Position numbers and translations under genes: made by a program. The notes under the pieces are model-generated. The model worked only from the letters and a program-made list of their open reading frames with translations, ran no database searches and was not told where the DNA came from. A stretch of 64,000 nt of DNA, from positions 67,456,001 to 67,520,000 of the forward strand of contig OZ260663.1 in the NCBI GenBank assembly GCA_965285935.1, in the 5' to 3' direction. The stretch comes from Ophelia neglecta. Its lineage: Eukaryota. How positions within the stretch are numbered: the first letter of the stretch is position 1; every line of letters starts with the position of its first letter. Positions 27,481 to 40,900 of the stretch are shown piece after piece.

Positions 27481-29794
27481 GCATTATAATTTTTTTGGAT
27501 TCGTACTTGAGCCAAAATCTTTAGTTTAGAGAATCTATTTTTCTTTTTATTGTTATTTGCCTTGAACCTACTAGTCTATATTAAAGATGGGAGTTTAAAT
27601 AAACTCAAAATAACTTTAATTTATTATAGTAAAAAAGGTAAGTTGACTTATGAATTCATTATATTTTATTCACTTTACTAGACTACATTCTTTAAGAATA
27701 TATGAGGACATTACTTAATACGTATTCACGTGCAGACGTTTCATTTAAATCAAACAAACAATTCCCAAGATTGTCAAATGCACACTTTACCTTAGCACAT
27801 TAAATATAGCTATTAAAACAAACATCTGTTCAAGTGAAAATGATGATATTAATAATATCCTCACTTTTGTTCTCTTTTGCTCATATTTGTTGAAATATGT
27901 AATGGAGAGAAAAACACATAGGTAGGCCATTCCAGCAGCAAATTACAATGTCAATCAATAAAAAAAATCATATTTTATACCTGATGCTTAACTCAGTGCT
28001 GTCATATAACATTATTAATACCATAATTTCATTTCTATGTAAAAAAAAGTGTCTACTTTTACCTACCAATAAATATTAAATCTACATAATTATGACTGTC
28101 CACACAACGCCAGCACATCACATTACTATCAAAGGCCAGCCATGTTTATTCAAATCTAGAATGAGCATGTATGTCAGTCATAGAAATTTACAGTCAACCC
28201 ACAAAGTTAATAGATTGCATCATCAACAAACAAGACTTAGATGCACTACAATCAAAAACAAAGGAGACAAGTTGGTCAAACTGTTCATGCCTTAAGAAAT
28301 CAAAGTAAGGATAATCATGAAATAAATTAAAAATATATTTTAATTTAGAAATAAAAAAACATATAGTTTGTGATTCAGCACTTGCACCATAAAATATGTG
28401 CTAATCTCAAACTCTCAATATCATGAAGTTTGCCTCGATTATAGTTTTTTTTTATGTGGGTCATGGGTTCTATGGAGAGTGAGAATATTATCAAAATCCC
28501 CCAAAACATTTATTAATTCACACCTGTGCATACATTCATATCTGTCCATTTCAAGCCATAGGTATACTTAAGCAACACCAGTTAACAAGTTAAAGCATCA
28601 ACATTTTCATAACTCTGGTAGTCCAAACAGCAGGGTCTTAAAACTTATTTATAGAAAATCCCCTAGCCTGAACACATTGTGTGTTCAATATGGTTATGTG
28701 TCGACTGATGGGTGTCAAGGCATTACTTATGTTTCGGTCTATTGATAGTACAGAATGATTTTAATACTTGCTTTCTCTTGGCTTAATGTCTTGTATACAA
28801 TCCGGACCATCTTCACTCTTAAAATGTTTTGAATCTGACCAGTATTTTTATTTCCTATATCTCAGTTGTACATAGTGAAGGCATTTGGATTTTTGGGGTT
28901 TAATACATGGTTTAGGGCAATAACCCGCCTTAAAGAGCCACAGTGCTCTTAATTGATGCATAATCCAAAGGCTTTTATATCTGCCCGCAGCTCCCCCCCC
29001 CCCCCATTACCTGGGATGGACTAGTCCCCCAGTCCCACAACTAGGGGACCCCAATCCTGTTTCTTCATACACATTTGGGACCAACATGTACAGAGAATCA
29101 TTTGTGGGAGCGCCCAACTCTCATATCCTGCATCTTAATTTGCTAATGAGTCTTATTTTTGTATGAAATGAAAGGGGTTTTAATGTGAAATTTCTTAACA
29201 GTTTGTCCCATTATTATGCACTTGCTTGAGTAGAGCAGACTTAGGTGAATTCCATTAGATAATTGTAAGCTTGCTACTATTTACAAACTTCTATCAGTAA
29301 ATATATAACATTCTGTTTTGGTTTTAATCAGAAAAAAAAAGAATAATTTAAAAAAATACAATTATAAATAATAACCTACCCTGACCAACTTAGAATTTTG
29401 TTATCCTTTTAAACTAAAAATGTGGAATCATTATTTATTTTTATGGCTAAAATTTCCTACTATATTATGCTGGCTTCAGCATAAATATATAATTTATAGG
29501 CATAATATGATTGAATATTATACCAATATTATAGTATCATTAATATATTAGATTATAGCGTATAATTAAGTCGTTGTCTCACCAAAAATTATATTGGTTA
29601 TTATGTCACAGACAAAATATAAAAAAATCACACAATAATCACTTATAACATACAACTGTGCACCATTCCATTCTCTCATGGCATTCAAAACTTTCTCCAA
29701 ACACTGTAAACCATCAAGTCTGGTTTGTAAAAGTGTAGTTGGTAAGTGACTAAACAAACCAGTGTATATCCAACCGTGTATTGGCTTTCCTTCA

Positions 29795-32700
29795 CTAGGC
29801 TAAGCGTATCTTCTTGGTCGCACTTTCCGTCTGATGGTTTATGGCACTGGTTCCATTCAACATGGTTTCAGGGCCTATGGCCTGAAGGAGAGAGGAGTTG
29901 GTTGATTCCCCAAATAGTGTAGCTAATAGGGCAACTCCATAACCTGTTGACCGTTCACCCTGAAAAACAATTACTTTAGGTCAAAATCCAAAATTAGAAC
30001 ACACTATTAATAAGGACAAAATCTTGGGAATAATGATTGATCAAAAACAAAATTGTTTTAGCAATTGGCAGGAGGTTGGTTACTTGTTAGTGTCGTACAA
30101 AAATAGTATACTGAAATGCAAAGAATTTATAGGCGGTAACATCCAGGGGTGGGGGGGGGGGGGGGTTGTCATTTTGAAATTTTGGAAAATAGATTGCTAC
30201 TCCAAGTGAACATTGGTTAAAATCTGTAAAGCTTACTGAATAAACTGGATAGGCCATATCTATGTGAATCCAAGTTCCTGGGTATTCAAATCCTATGTGA
30301 GCTCCTATGAATAATGCAGCACATGACACCTCTCCATTACTACGATCCTGATACAAGAAATACGATAAATTAATGAAACAAGTAACTGAGAAATGATTCT
30401 TGTCTGATTTCCCCCTATGCTCAGAGAAGCTTTTACCCTAATAACATTACCATACACCTGCAACACCCACCTTGAAATACCATTATTACAATAAAATAAC
30501 TTTTTTGGAAATAATAAACACTGACTGCACTGGAATTCTTCATATCAGCCATGGCGCTGGCAAACTCGCTGAAGTGTAGTTCAGGGCAGTAGAGCAGCGG
30601 ATGGATCAGGTCTCCTGATGTTCTGCCTGCAGCCACACAGGTGGGCTCCCACTCCTCTCGGTTGGTCACCATAGCACCATGATAACGTCCTGGTCAATGA
30701 ACATAGAACTTTAGAACATGAATTATTTATACAGGAAATTGAAAATTCCCTCCTCTCTCATCAAGTTGCAAATGTTCTACCACCAGTTACTTGACTTCTT
30801 AAAGAAATTCAAAGGGATATTACCAGGCTATAACAATACCAGACAGCATAAAGAGCAGAACAAAGAAATCATATGCAGTGAGCTTTCATCCTACAGCAGA
30901 ATAAGAATAGGACCTTGGATGTAGATTACACAATGAGAAAACAGTTAAAAGACCATGTACCTGTAGCCAATCCCTGAGCGCCAGTCAGAGTAGCCATGTC
31001 TACAATAACATCAGCTTTCAGATCTTTACTGGCATATGCTACCTGAAACATCATGAATAATTAGGCTTTCTATTCTTCAAAGCAAAAAAAAGCATCCAGA
31101 AATGCATGCTTTGGCCAGGGAAAATGGAAAGGTGATGTGTGCCTGAATGTTAATCAGGGGGTGGGGGAGGGGGGCAGGGATTATTAATTTTGTCCTCATT
31201 TTCAAATGACATTTAATTGTTTCCCATTCATCATAGATCAAAAGAAAAATCATTATGCCTCTTAAGAGCAACTATTACTGGTACTTTAAAATTGGCTTCT
31301 AAAAATGTCGTTTGTCAGTATGTAACTATTTGTTTACAGTCTCAAAGTTTGAGCAACTGAAGGTGAAGACTGAAGTTTTGGCAGAAGTGAAAGGAAGGGG
31401 GGGGGGCAGTAATTAGCAGAAGGGGGGGGGATTGGATTGATGGAGGGAGGAGTGGGAGTGAGGGATGCTTGAGTGAGATGATGGTGAGGAGGCACCCATG
31501 GGGGGGGGAGGTGGGGGGCAGAAGGGGAGGGAGGGGGTGAGAGGAAGGGAGATAGGCAGAAGTGTTTGGTTTTATATATAACCAATGTCACCACAGCTTT
31601 CCAGCTATTACAGTTATCAGTATTTGTAAAGGACAGTGCCCAATAGAAAGGGTCCCTCTTTGACTTTGATACAGATTGGGGAGGGTGGGGTTGGGGCAAT
31701 TTTACCCCAAGTAGTATAGACATATACATGTAACTGCAAAATATTGTCAATTACCACTCAAATAATCAAAGACTAAAATATCACAGATCTTACCCCATCT
31801 CCTAACACTAGTCTTCCTTCAGCATCAGTGTTATTAATTTCAACAGTTCTGAAATCAAATTTGGTATCAGAAACATGAACAAGTCAATCCTTTTAACTTA
31901 TCAATTGACTGATTGATAAGATTATGTCTTTTGGGTCTCCTATATATATATTAAAGGATAAATTGTTAATGCGAGTTTCAGTGCATAAAAAAACACTCAG
32001 GGATGGGGGGGCCTAAATACTACTGCTACTCAGGGGATTGTGTCAAAATTTCATACTAATTATTTTTGCCAATGGACTTAGAAATGTTGTTTGGACAGTT
32101 CAACTATTCAGGGCCCATCATTTAAATATCTTCTTTTTTATTGACTAGACACTACACATACAAAAACAGAGAGAAAATAAATTAAATTTGGTTACTCACC
32201 TTCCTGAATACAATGTTATTATGTCATCAGGTCTCAAGGAATTAGGACCAACAGCATTTTCAGCAAGACAAAATAAAGCATGAAGATTATCCCTAAAACC
32301 CTGAAAATGTGCAAATGAATGCCTATCTCTATAGAGTAATTTTAATGTGACATTAACACTTTTATTGAAAATCACATTGAACTCCATTTCATTAGTTTTA
32401 GGTGCATACGTTTTAATTGGGGCCAATTGCCTAGAATAATAGAATTCTTTACCTGTTTTACAGCAAGGTAAAAAGCTCCTAATACAGCCGCAGCCCCACC
32501 ACAATCTCGCTTCATTCCTGGCATGGTTGTCTGAAAAAATCATAGATCAGGATAGTACAGTGGTACATCTGCTTTACATAATTCATTTGTACCTTTGTTT
32601 TCCATGTTGCATTGCTTATAAACACAAATAAAACCTTTTCATTGTAACATGCACTTTTAGGCAACCAGTATGACGGGAATAATGGGGAATGGTATTATAA

Positions 32701-35443
32701 AACACAAAATGAAAACATGTATTTAAATGTTTATGTCCCCTTACACCTAAGTGTCTAATAATATATTAAACCTCAAATTTCTAAATACAGACATACAAAA
32801 ATGTACCAGGTATATCCTTGTAGTTGAAGCTAGTAGTTGTATATGGTTCATTATATACCGCACTAACCTTTCCTTTTATACTGAGGCCACCTGTATCATA
32901 AACAATTCCTTTGCCAACCCAAGCAATGTTTTTTGTAGCTCCCTCTGGAGTGTGACTTAGAACGACAAAGGCTGGAGGGTGGACAGCGGCTTTGCCCACT
33001 CCATAAATACCTAAATGTACAGCAAAAATAATATTTCACTACAAAAGCATTAGGTGTTAATAGGTTAAAATATGCATGTTGCATTTTGTTTAAAAAGTTT
33101 CAGGAGGCATGACAGGTACTCACCCCCAAATCCTCTTGCCTTGAGATCCGCCCCTTGAACTATATATGGAAAGATACTCAATTCTTTTCCCACTCTATGG
33201 ATTTCCTATTTCAACAGAAAAAAGTGACCGCATTTCAACCATTAATATGTAAAGTGCCTTAAGGTGCCTTTTTTTTTATAAAAACAAACACATTTCATCT
33301 ATTATTGAATTCAACTAATAAGCTCTGCCATAAACTATATAGTACGATATCTTTACACAGAGCTCTGTGGATACATTGGAGATAAAACTTAATATGAATA
33401 TTGAATCACAGCGATAAAGCAAATTGAATGGTTAAGCCCACCTTCACAAAGGCATCAGTGTGCATTTCCGCACACGGTGTGTCAGTTATCCTGGCCGCCA
33501 GCCTTATTGCGTAGGCAGCATCTATAAGACACTGAATATCTTCATCAGGCAAGACGTCACTGCCAGTTCCTACTAGTAGAAATTCTATTGTGACATTTCT
33601 TTTGGTTTGATTTGTGGCTTGCTTTCTTGTGAAAAGAGGGAAAGCCCGAGCAGCTGCACATGCTGAGGCAAAGACATCACTTCTTTCACAGACAATCTAA
33701 AATTCATAGAAAAATTGAAGTTAGATTGTTTGATGGACAACCATCAATGGAATTGATACAATTCTAAAGAAAACTGTCTGCACCAAAAACTAACCAAGCT
33801 ATTAGTCAATTCAGGTTAGTGATGTTGGACTATTACCACCCAAATGGCTGGCATTGGCCTTAATATCTACTACGAACTGGCAATGAAGGGCATGGTTTAT
33901 GTATAACTGCCATTGCTATTGACTAGCTTTAGATACATAGTGTCACCTATTAGTTTATCATAGTTTAGGGAGTTTCATAAATTCTAACTGATATTTAGAA
34001 TGTTTTATGCAATAAATACCAATGAAAAACCAGCTTTAGACTGGTTTGTTACTTTATAAAATAACAAAAAAAATCCAAAAGATTATCAACACAGATTTAC
34101 GCACCACAACATACTCCTCACCGCCACTCATATAACTACGAATGATTTTGGTCAGAAAGTGTGCTCTGGATGGGGTGTTGTGTCGGCTGCATTTTGTTGG
34201 AAGTACGGCAATAGTAGCCTGAGTCAGCCACAAAGAACAGGAGTCCGTAGGAGAGGGATGAAGACTGTTCACAGCAGCATTGTAAGTCTATAAACATAAT
34301 AGTAAATTTAACAGAAAACATATAATTTCTTATTTTTACAAAAGTCTGAATGTTTCTAATGAATTTTCCCCAAATTGTGTCGGCTGCATTTTGTTGGAAG
34401 TACGGCAATAGTAGCCTGAGTCAGCCACAAAGAACAGGAGTCCGTAGGAGAGGGATGAAGACTGTTCACAGCAGCATTGTAAGTCTATAAACATAATAGT
34501 AAATTTAACATAAAACATATAATTTCTTATTATTACAAAAGTCTGAATGTTTCTACTGAATTTTCCCCAAATTTGTTTATTTCGGTTATTACAATCTTAG
34601 ATAGGACAGTTTATACTGGAAAAACATGTATGTCCCCTAACAGAGAAGGTAGCAGAACGAATTAAATCTGCTCATAGGTGTGTTACATTTTTGGAAAAAG
34701 CTGGCAATCAAACCCTTTACCAAATATTTGTTGCCCTCCACATGACACCAGTGGACAAAATAAATAATAACCCCTCTTACGAACCCCCCCCCCCCTTTTC
34801 ATTTCATTCCCCTCCAAACTAAGGCATTTACAAACTTTGGTAAATGTTTACACTGTAGGCTTTAAAGGTAACAGTTCTAGTTTTGCCAGGGGTTGATGTA
34901 GCAATATGAGTTTTAAATGACATTATTTGATCTTTGAATGTCAATCTGCTCTTTCTTAATGATAATATTTTAGGAGACATAATATGATATCAATGCTTAA
35001 CATACAACCAGTGTTAACCAGAAATAGAGCAGGTGGCCTTAATCCGAATGCTCCCTCTTCCCGCACCATTATTTTCCTAAACCCAGCCCTCTCCCACCTT
35101 TGGCAGCATTAAATAATCCCCCCTTACAATATTTGTGTAAACCCCACATCCCCCCCTGGTAATAATTGTGACAATTCATTATTCCACAGTGTTTTTCTAA
35201 ATCAGCATCCTTCTATTTGAAATGTTCTCATACTTTCCCCGTCTGGTTTCATTAAATAATATCAGCTGCAGTCTGAAATGTAAGAAAACATACCTCCTCA
35301 GAAACTCTTGGTTCAAGTTTTTTCCTGATGGTTTCCCAAGTTACTTTGTTCAGATTTTTCAACTGTCCTATGATGAGCACTGGGTTTTTACTGGGGTCAG
35401 AGCTGGTGAGAGTGCCAGAATAATGAAGATTTACATTTGTCAT
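29795..35443 (-). CDS. NPEPL1: Probable aminopeptidase NPEPL1 (M17), 522 aa from the conserved Met
   Basis: Exons 35443-35294, 34287-34105, 33696-33442, 33205-33124, 33010-32868, 32530-32453, 32300-32200, 31848-31794, 31042-30961, 30689-30526, 30347-30237, 29959-29795 (1569 nt, in frame). Motifs VGKGIVYDTGG, MKRDCGG, NTDAEGRL, DMATLTGAQ, WIHIDMA. Probable first exon ends at 37644. Confidence 0.95.
34178..34571. repeat. 197-bp tandem duplication across an NPEPL1 intron/exon boundary
   Basis: 34178-34374 vs 34375-34571: only 3 substitutions seen, all in the intronic part. Confidence 0.95.
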
Positions 35444-36276
35444 TGCAATTGATGTGTTCAACCGGCCCTGAAATTAAAAATAAACAACTGCAATTTTTAA
35501 TAATGGTTTGGACCAATTAACCGGACAGCAACAGGGTGCTCTCAGTATTCAAACACCAGATTAAATGACCTAGGGTGCCTGTAATATGGTCGGTGTATTA
35601 TGTTTATCTGCTAAGCTAAGTTTCATAGCTCTGGGTCCATTTCTAATGTCATATTGGTTGGTTATATATTAACTTTGGACCACAGAGCTATGCAGCAAGA
35701 TCCCTGGTCCCTGTGGTAAAGCTGAACTTTTTCCACTTACCAATAAGGCACTATTTTTCTGGTGCAATAGAGTGGTTACGGGCTAACTTGAACAAATAAA
35801 CACTTGTTTCCTGATGGTCAATTCAGTGCACAAGAATCATGTTCCTATGAATAAAGAAGTTTAGCAGTGACTTTGAAATACTGTATGCCATGACATACAT
35901 CAGTGGTACAGACTTAGCGCAGCTGACCACGCCACTGTTCATATTCGTTTGTATACTGCCGTTATATTCATGTGGTTTCACAGTCATTTACATTGTTTAG
36001 AGAGCATATTGATCAGACCAACTATAGTAAAGGCAGCGACAACATTTCAAAGTGGGTCAAAAATATCACTATTTGTAGATGTATCTAAATGTTAAAACCG
36101 AATTGACTAAGCTAAATAATTGTTTATTTGTACGTGTATATATACACCTACCAACAAGATAACGCCAGAAAAATAGTGTTGTATTGATACTTGTAGAAAT
36201 AGGTTCACCACTGGGACTAGATGTCTCAACCTTAGCTAAGTTAAATAGAAGCCAACTAATATGACATTTTAATTGA

Positions 36277-37248
36277 GGTATCAGGACGTTCCGTTCCCAA
36301 ACCAGTCCGGCCCCTAGTCGATCCGGCCCCATAACCTTAGTCGATCTGGCCCCACTCCCTTAGTCGACCCGGCCCCTGACGTTTTACATATTAATTGCAT
36401 TTAGCAGTATTAACGCCTAGAAAAGATGTGCTCGCTGCCATGTTTGACACTTGTCATGTCTTACCTGCTCATCAACCTAGGTAAGTGCAATCTACTGATG
36501 GTCCCAAAATGACCCCAAAGTGATACATGTAATTAATCTTTAGAATAGTAAACACCAAAACCGACCGAAACCGAGAAGAAACACCGAAACCCTCTGAAAC
36601 CGGGGCCAATCTGGTAGTTACTTGGTTGAATTGCTTATGGACGTGGGTAATATTTGTAGACGAACAATTTCCCAGGCGCTTGGCATGCCTGTTTTCATTT
36701 TAGTATACCAAAAAACAAATTTACTGTGTAATGTGCGGACATCGGCTGATTGGTGGCCATGACACTTGTAGCCCCCTGGTGGGGCCCTCTGGTGGCGGTG
36801 TCGTGGAAATTGTCGTGGAGTCTCTGGCCAGTAGTGTTCAGCGAGGTTAATCAAACAGAGCTAGTTCACTTGCACGGAGCTGTCAAACTATATCTGTCAA
36901 AATGTAAAAAGGGCACCAGAGGGCGGGACTCGCTGAACACTATTGGCCAGAGACTCCACAACAATTTCCACGACACCGACACCGCCACCAGATGGCCCCA
37001 CCAGGGGGCTAGAAGTGTCATGGCCACCGATCTGTTGGTGTCCGCACATTACATCGTAAATTTGTTTTTTGGCAAACTAAAATGAAAACAGGCTATATAG
37101 ATCTACAGTAATATACACTATACACTGAAGTGTTAGTGGGCTGATAGTGGGGCCGGATCGACTAAGGGAGCGGGTACGAATCAACCAAGGAAGTGGGGAC
37201 GGACCGACTAGGGGCCGAAGAGGTTTGGGGACGGAACATCTAGAAAGC
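36277..37248. mobile_element. Non-autonomous Mutator-like (MULE/foldback) element in NPEPL1 intron 1
   Basis: Exact 9-bp TSD tttaattga (36268-36276 and 37249-37257); ~100-bp imperfect TIRs built of tandem tagtcgatccggcccc units. Confidence 0.85.
36687..37093. mobile_element. Nested palindromic MITE-like element (~160-bp arms, ~83-bp spacer)
   Basis: 36687-36845 is a near-exact reverse complement of 36929-37093 (gcctgttttcattttag...cagcgag / ctcgctg...aaatgaaaacaggc). Confidence 0.88.
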
Positions 37249-37644
37249 TTTAATTGACCCACAGCTAGAAATTATCTGCTATGCTTTGCTTGACACTGCA
37301 CTAAGTCTAGATTGGCTTTTTTACCTGTGTACACAGGTTTCTTTCCTTTCCCCATCTGTGAGAAGAAGTTTACTCTATATGCCACTTTCAACTGTGAGAA
37401 CTGAACTTATACCAAATAACATGAAGACAAGCTCCTATATAGGATCTATAGGATGATCTGAACATAGGGAGAAGAAGAAGGGATCAAAGGATTCTACATT
37501 CAACAGAAGCCGCACACAAAGAATGAACGGGAAACAAGGAGTTCTGGTTAAAAGTCTCACTGTATGGCACACTGTCTTTGGACGAATCTGTTGAACATTA
37601 ATACAGTTTCAATAGATTTGTTGTTTTTTTCGTTTAGAATTACC

Positions 37645-37927
37645 TGTAAAAGCGTTTTTGTAGCCGGTGAACAACCTTGTTTATGTATGGATCGACGATC
37701 TCGCAGTCTATTCACGCTCAAGTCTCGCGATGATTTTCCTGTTCTGGATTTTATCATAACCATTATGACATTATTTCAAAATGTTCTCATATAATTAAAT
37801 TAATTCCTTTCTACACACAAGCTCATTTGATAACACCTTTATGATTTTGGTTAAAAGTACACTTTAATAAATAGTGTAACATCATGTAAACATTCAGGTC
37901 ACATGATCCGCTTGTCAAATCTGCAAG
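37645..37927. promoter_or_regulatory. Bidirectional promoter region NPEPL1/GAN
   Basis: Divergent first exons <300 bp apart; CpG-rich; TCTCGCGA palindrome (~37723) and GGTCACATGA E-box (~37897). Confidence 0.6.
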
Positions 37928-40900
37928 ATGGCTTCCACTAGTTGGGTCCAGAAAAACTTTACCGAGGAAAATCTAATGAAAATGTCACATCCTTTACATG
38001 CCAATAGCCTCCTTACTGCGCTGAATGAAACAAGAAAGAATCCTCGACTGTGTGACGGCACTCTTCTTATTGCGGATTCGGAGATTCCAGTGCAAAGAAA
38101 CGTTCTAGCTGCTGCCAGTCCTTACTTCAGGTATATCAGAACTGTCAAACAATGGCCATGAACAGACCTTGTTTTAAATTTATGGCTTACATCAAAATGT
38201 ATAATTCATGCTTTCAAGGAAATAGTTGTCTCAAATTTAAATAAGGCAAGAAATTGATAAAATCATAAATTGTTACTGTTGATGGTAACAAACTAAGAAC
38301 GTATTGTAAAATAAAAAATCGGCTAGATATAAATAGATTTAAAGGGGGAGGGGAAGGGGGGTGGGGGTGGGGGTTGGAAAAGGTAAGCTGTCGGGCACAT
38401 TTCCTGCATAATTCCCATCATCATATCCAAGCCTTCAAGGCAGCAGTAAATTTGCAGTATTTCCCTAGCTACTCAATTGGAAACAATTTACCTTAAATTA
38501 GAGCTAAATGTTCAGGAAAATCCTGGTATTTCACATATAGTACAGGGGTTGTGTTATTGGGGACAACAAATGACTAGTGCATAATCCTTTACTAGTCTGA
38601 CTGACTACAAGAACTCATGAATACACTGCCTTAGGGTTCATGCATCAAAGCCATGTTCTATCCCCTACCACATACCTCCCCCCTCCCCCCAACCCTCCCA
38701 GCATTGCAGGTTCTTGGCACTCACCAATTCTGCCTCCCCTAGCCTGCCCTGCACTAGATGATAAAAGTAGAGCTGCTGTATTGAGTTCAGGATTGTTGTA
38801 TTAATTTCAGGATGACTTACTACATCAACCCTCCTCCTCCTCCTCCCCCCCCCCCCCACCCCATGTCCACTTACCATACACCACTACTCCATGACACAGC
38901 TTAGCCTTAGTCTGCTCCTAATATTATTATTATCATTATTAGGTGTTTATTATCCCGAACTTAATCTGAGCGGCTTGAGAGCCAATACAAACATATATAC
39001 AGGGATTACAAAAGGATATAATCACATATAGGAATACATATACAATGACAACGTTTAAAAATGCATAGGTTTAAGTGAACATAACTTTTGCGAAAGGACC
39101 AAATGTTGTTACTATCAGTTTCAATATTGTTAGATGCTATCACACAGTTGCAAAGCTTGATTTTTCTATACAATAACAAAGAGAAGGCTTTGTTATTTTA
39201 ATTGTTGTAGATATCTAGGACTGAAAAATGACAATTTTTTTTGGTAGAAAGGTTCAGAAACAGTATTAAATCATTAGCTTAGAGAAGAAACAGGACATGC
39301 TGGGGCCACAGGAATAAAAAAGGGTCGCCAAGTTTCCTTGGGCAGGTAAAAATGACATAGGCCTATACAGCTTCCATCCCATTCAATGCACATATCAGGG
39401 TTGCTTAGATTTGTCCCTTACATTGCTCTTGGGCATCTGATGGTCAATATGAAAGGTTTGCATTGGGAGCATATGGATAAGAAGCTACAGCCCACTATAA
39501 TTCCATCAAATAGGGTAGAAAATGCCCCTGAAATGATGTATATATAATCAGTACTTGCTGAAAATGTGAGGGATTTTATCATGTTGCAGGAGAATGAGGG
39601 AAATAGGTAAATTGCAGGATTCCCAAGAAATATATCTATGTTTTATATCTATAAATACTTTGCTTAACTCATTTGATCACAATTGGTGTTTTGATTTATA
39701 TTGTTAATGTTGAGATGAACTTTACTGTTACTATATGTGTGCACACTAATCCTGTGACTGTTTTACTTTATTCCAGGGCTCTATACAGCTATGAATTGCC
39801 AGCAAATATGTCAGATTCCAGGAGAACACCCCTCAATATTGATAATTTGACCAGTGCAATATTTGAACAAATACTGGATTACATTTACACATCTGTGATA
39901 GTTCTAAGTGAAGAAAACATACAAGATATTCTTCAGGCAGCAGACATATTGCTCATGACAGATTTGAAGGAGCTGTGTTGTGAATACTTAGAGCAATGCA
40001 TTACTGTATCTAATTGCTTAGGAATCAAGGAATTCACTGAGAGATTTTCCTGTCCAAGAGTGTGTCACAAGGCCACAAACTTCATGGATGAAAACTTCCT
40101 GTATGTTGTATTCCATCTATTCTTGATTTTAAGTGCATGTCCCTGTAATTATGTCCCTGGTGGGTTCTATATACTTAGGGATATCATTTTTTGTGCTGCA
40201 ACTCTGGGATAGTTGATGGTGTTGGTTGTAATGCCTTAGGTTATTTTAAACATCACAAAAGCCAAACATCTTTACTTTGGTGTATAACATCTTGGGTGTA
40301 GATGAACATGGTAACATCCATATTTGGCACATTTATAAATGTTATCCAACAGAACAAAATGGGCACCAAACTTATGGCAAAAACATATGGCACCTAATTA
40401 GATCCTGAGACATCGGGGGTGGTATTGTGGGTATTTATATCCTGCTGAATATTAAAATATTCAAAGTATACTCTCTTGAAACTATGGACAAATATATATT
40501 TCAAAGTGTCAGCCTATTCAGCCATATTATGCTAAAGATACTAAGGTAATATGCATGAAGTGTGACAAGTTTCCTTACATTTCAGTGAAATTAGCTACAC
40601 GGAAGAATTTTTATCAATGCCAGCAGACAAGGTTAAGGATATCTTAAAAAGAAGTAGCCTTCTCATTCAGACTGAAGATGCAGTTTTTGACTGCATCATG
40701 CGATGGATCCATCATGATAGCAACACTAGGAGAGATCAACTACAGGTAAGTACAAACAGGATGTTCTTTTTATTTCTATGGTGGTATCTCCTGTAATGCA
40801 CAAAAAGTAATGACCTGTGAACTCTTGAGCTACTCATTAACCATGCTTCACAAGTCCCCTGCATTCACTGGGGACCCCACATGCCACAGCCATTTTTATT

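Noticed and set aside
31334-31750. 138-aa proline-rich ORF
   Set aside because: Artefact of an intronic poly-C/G tract.
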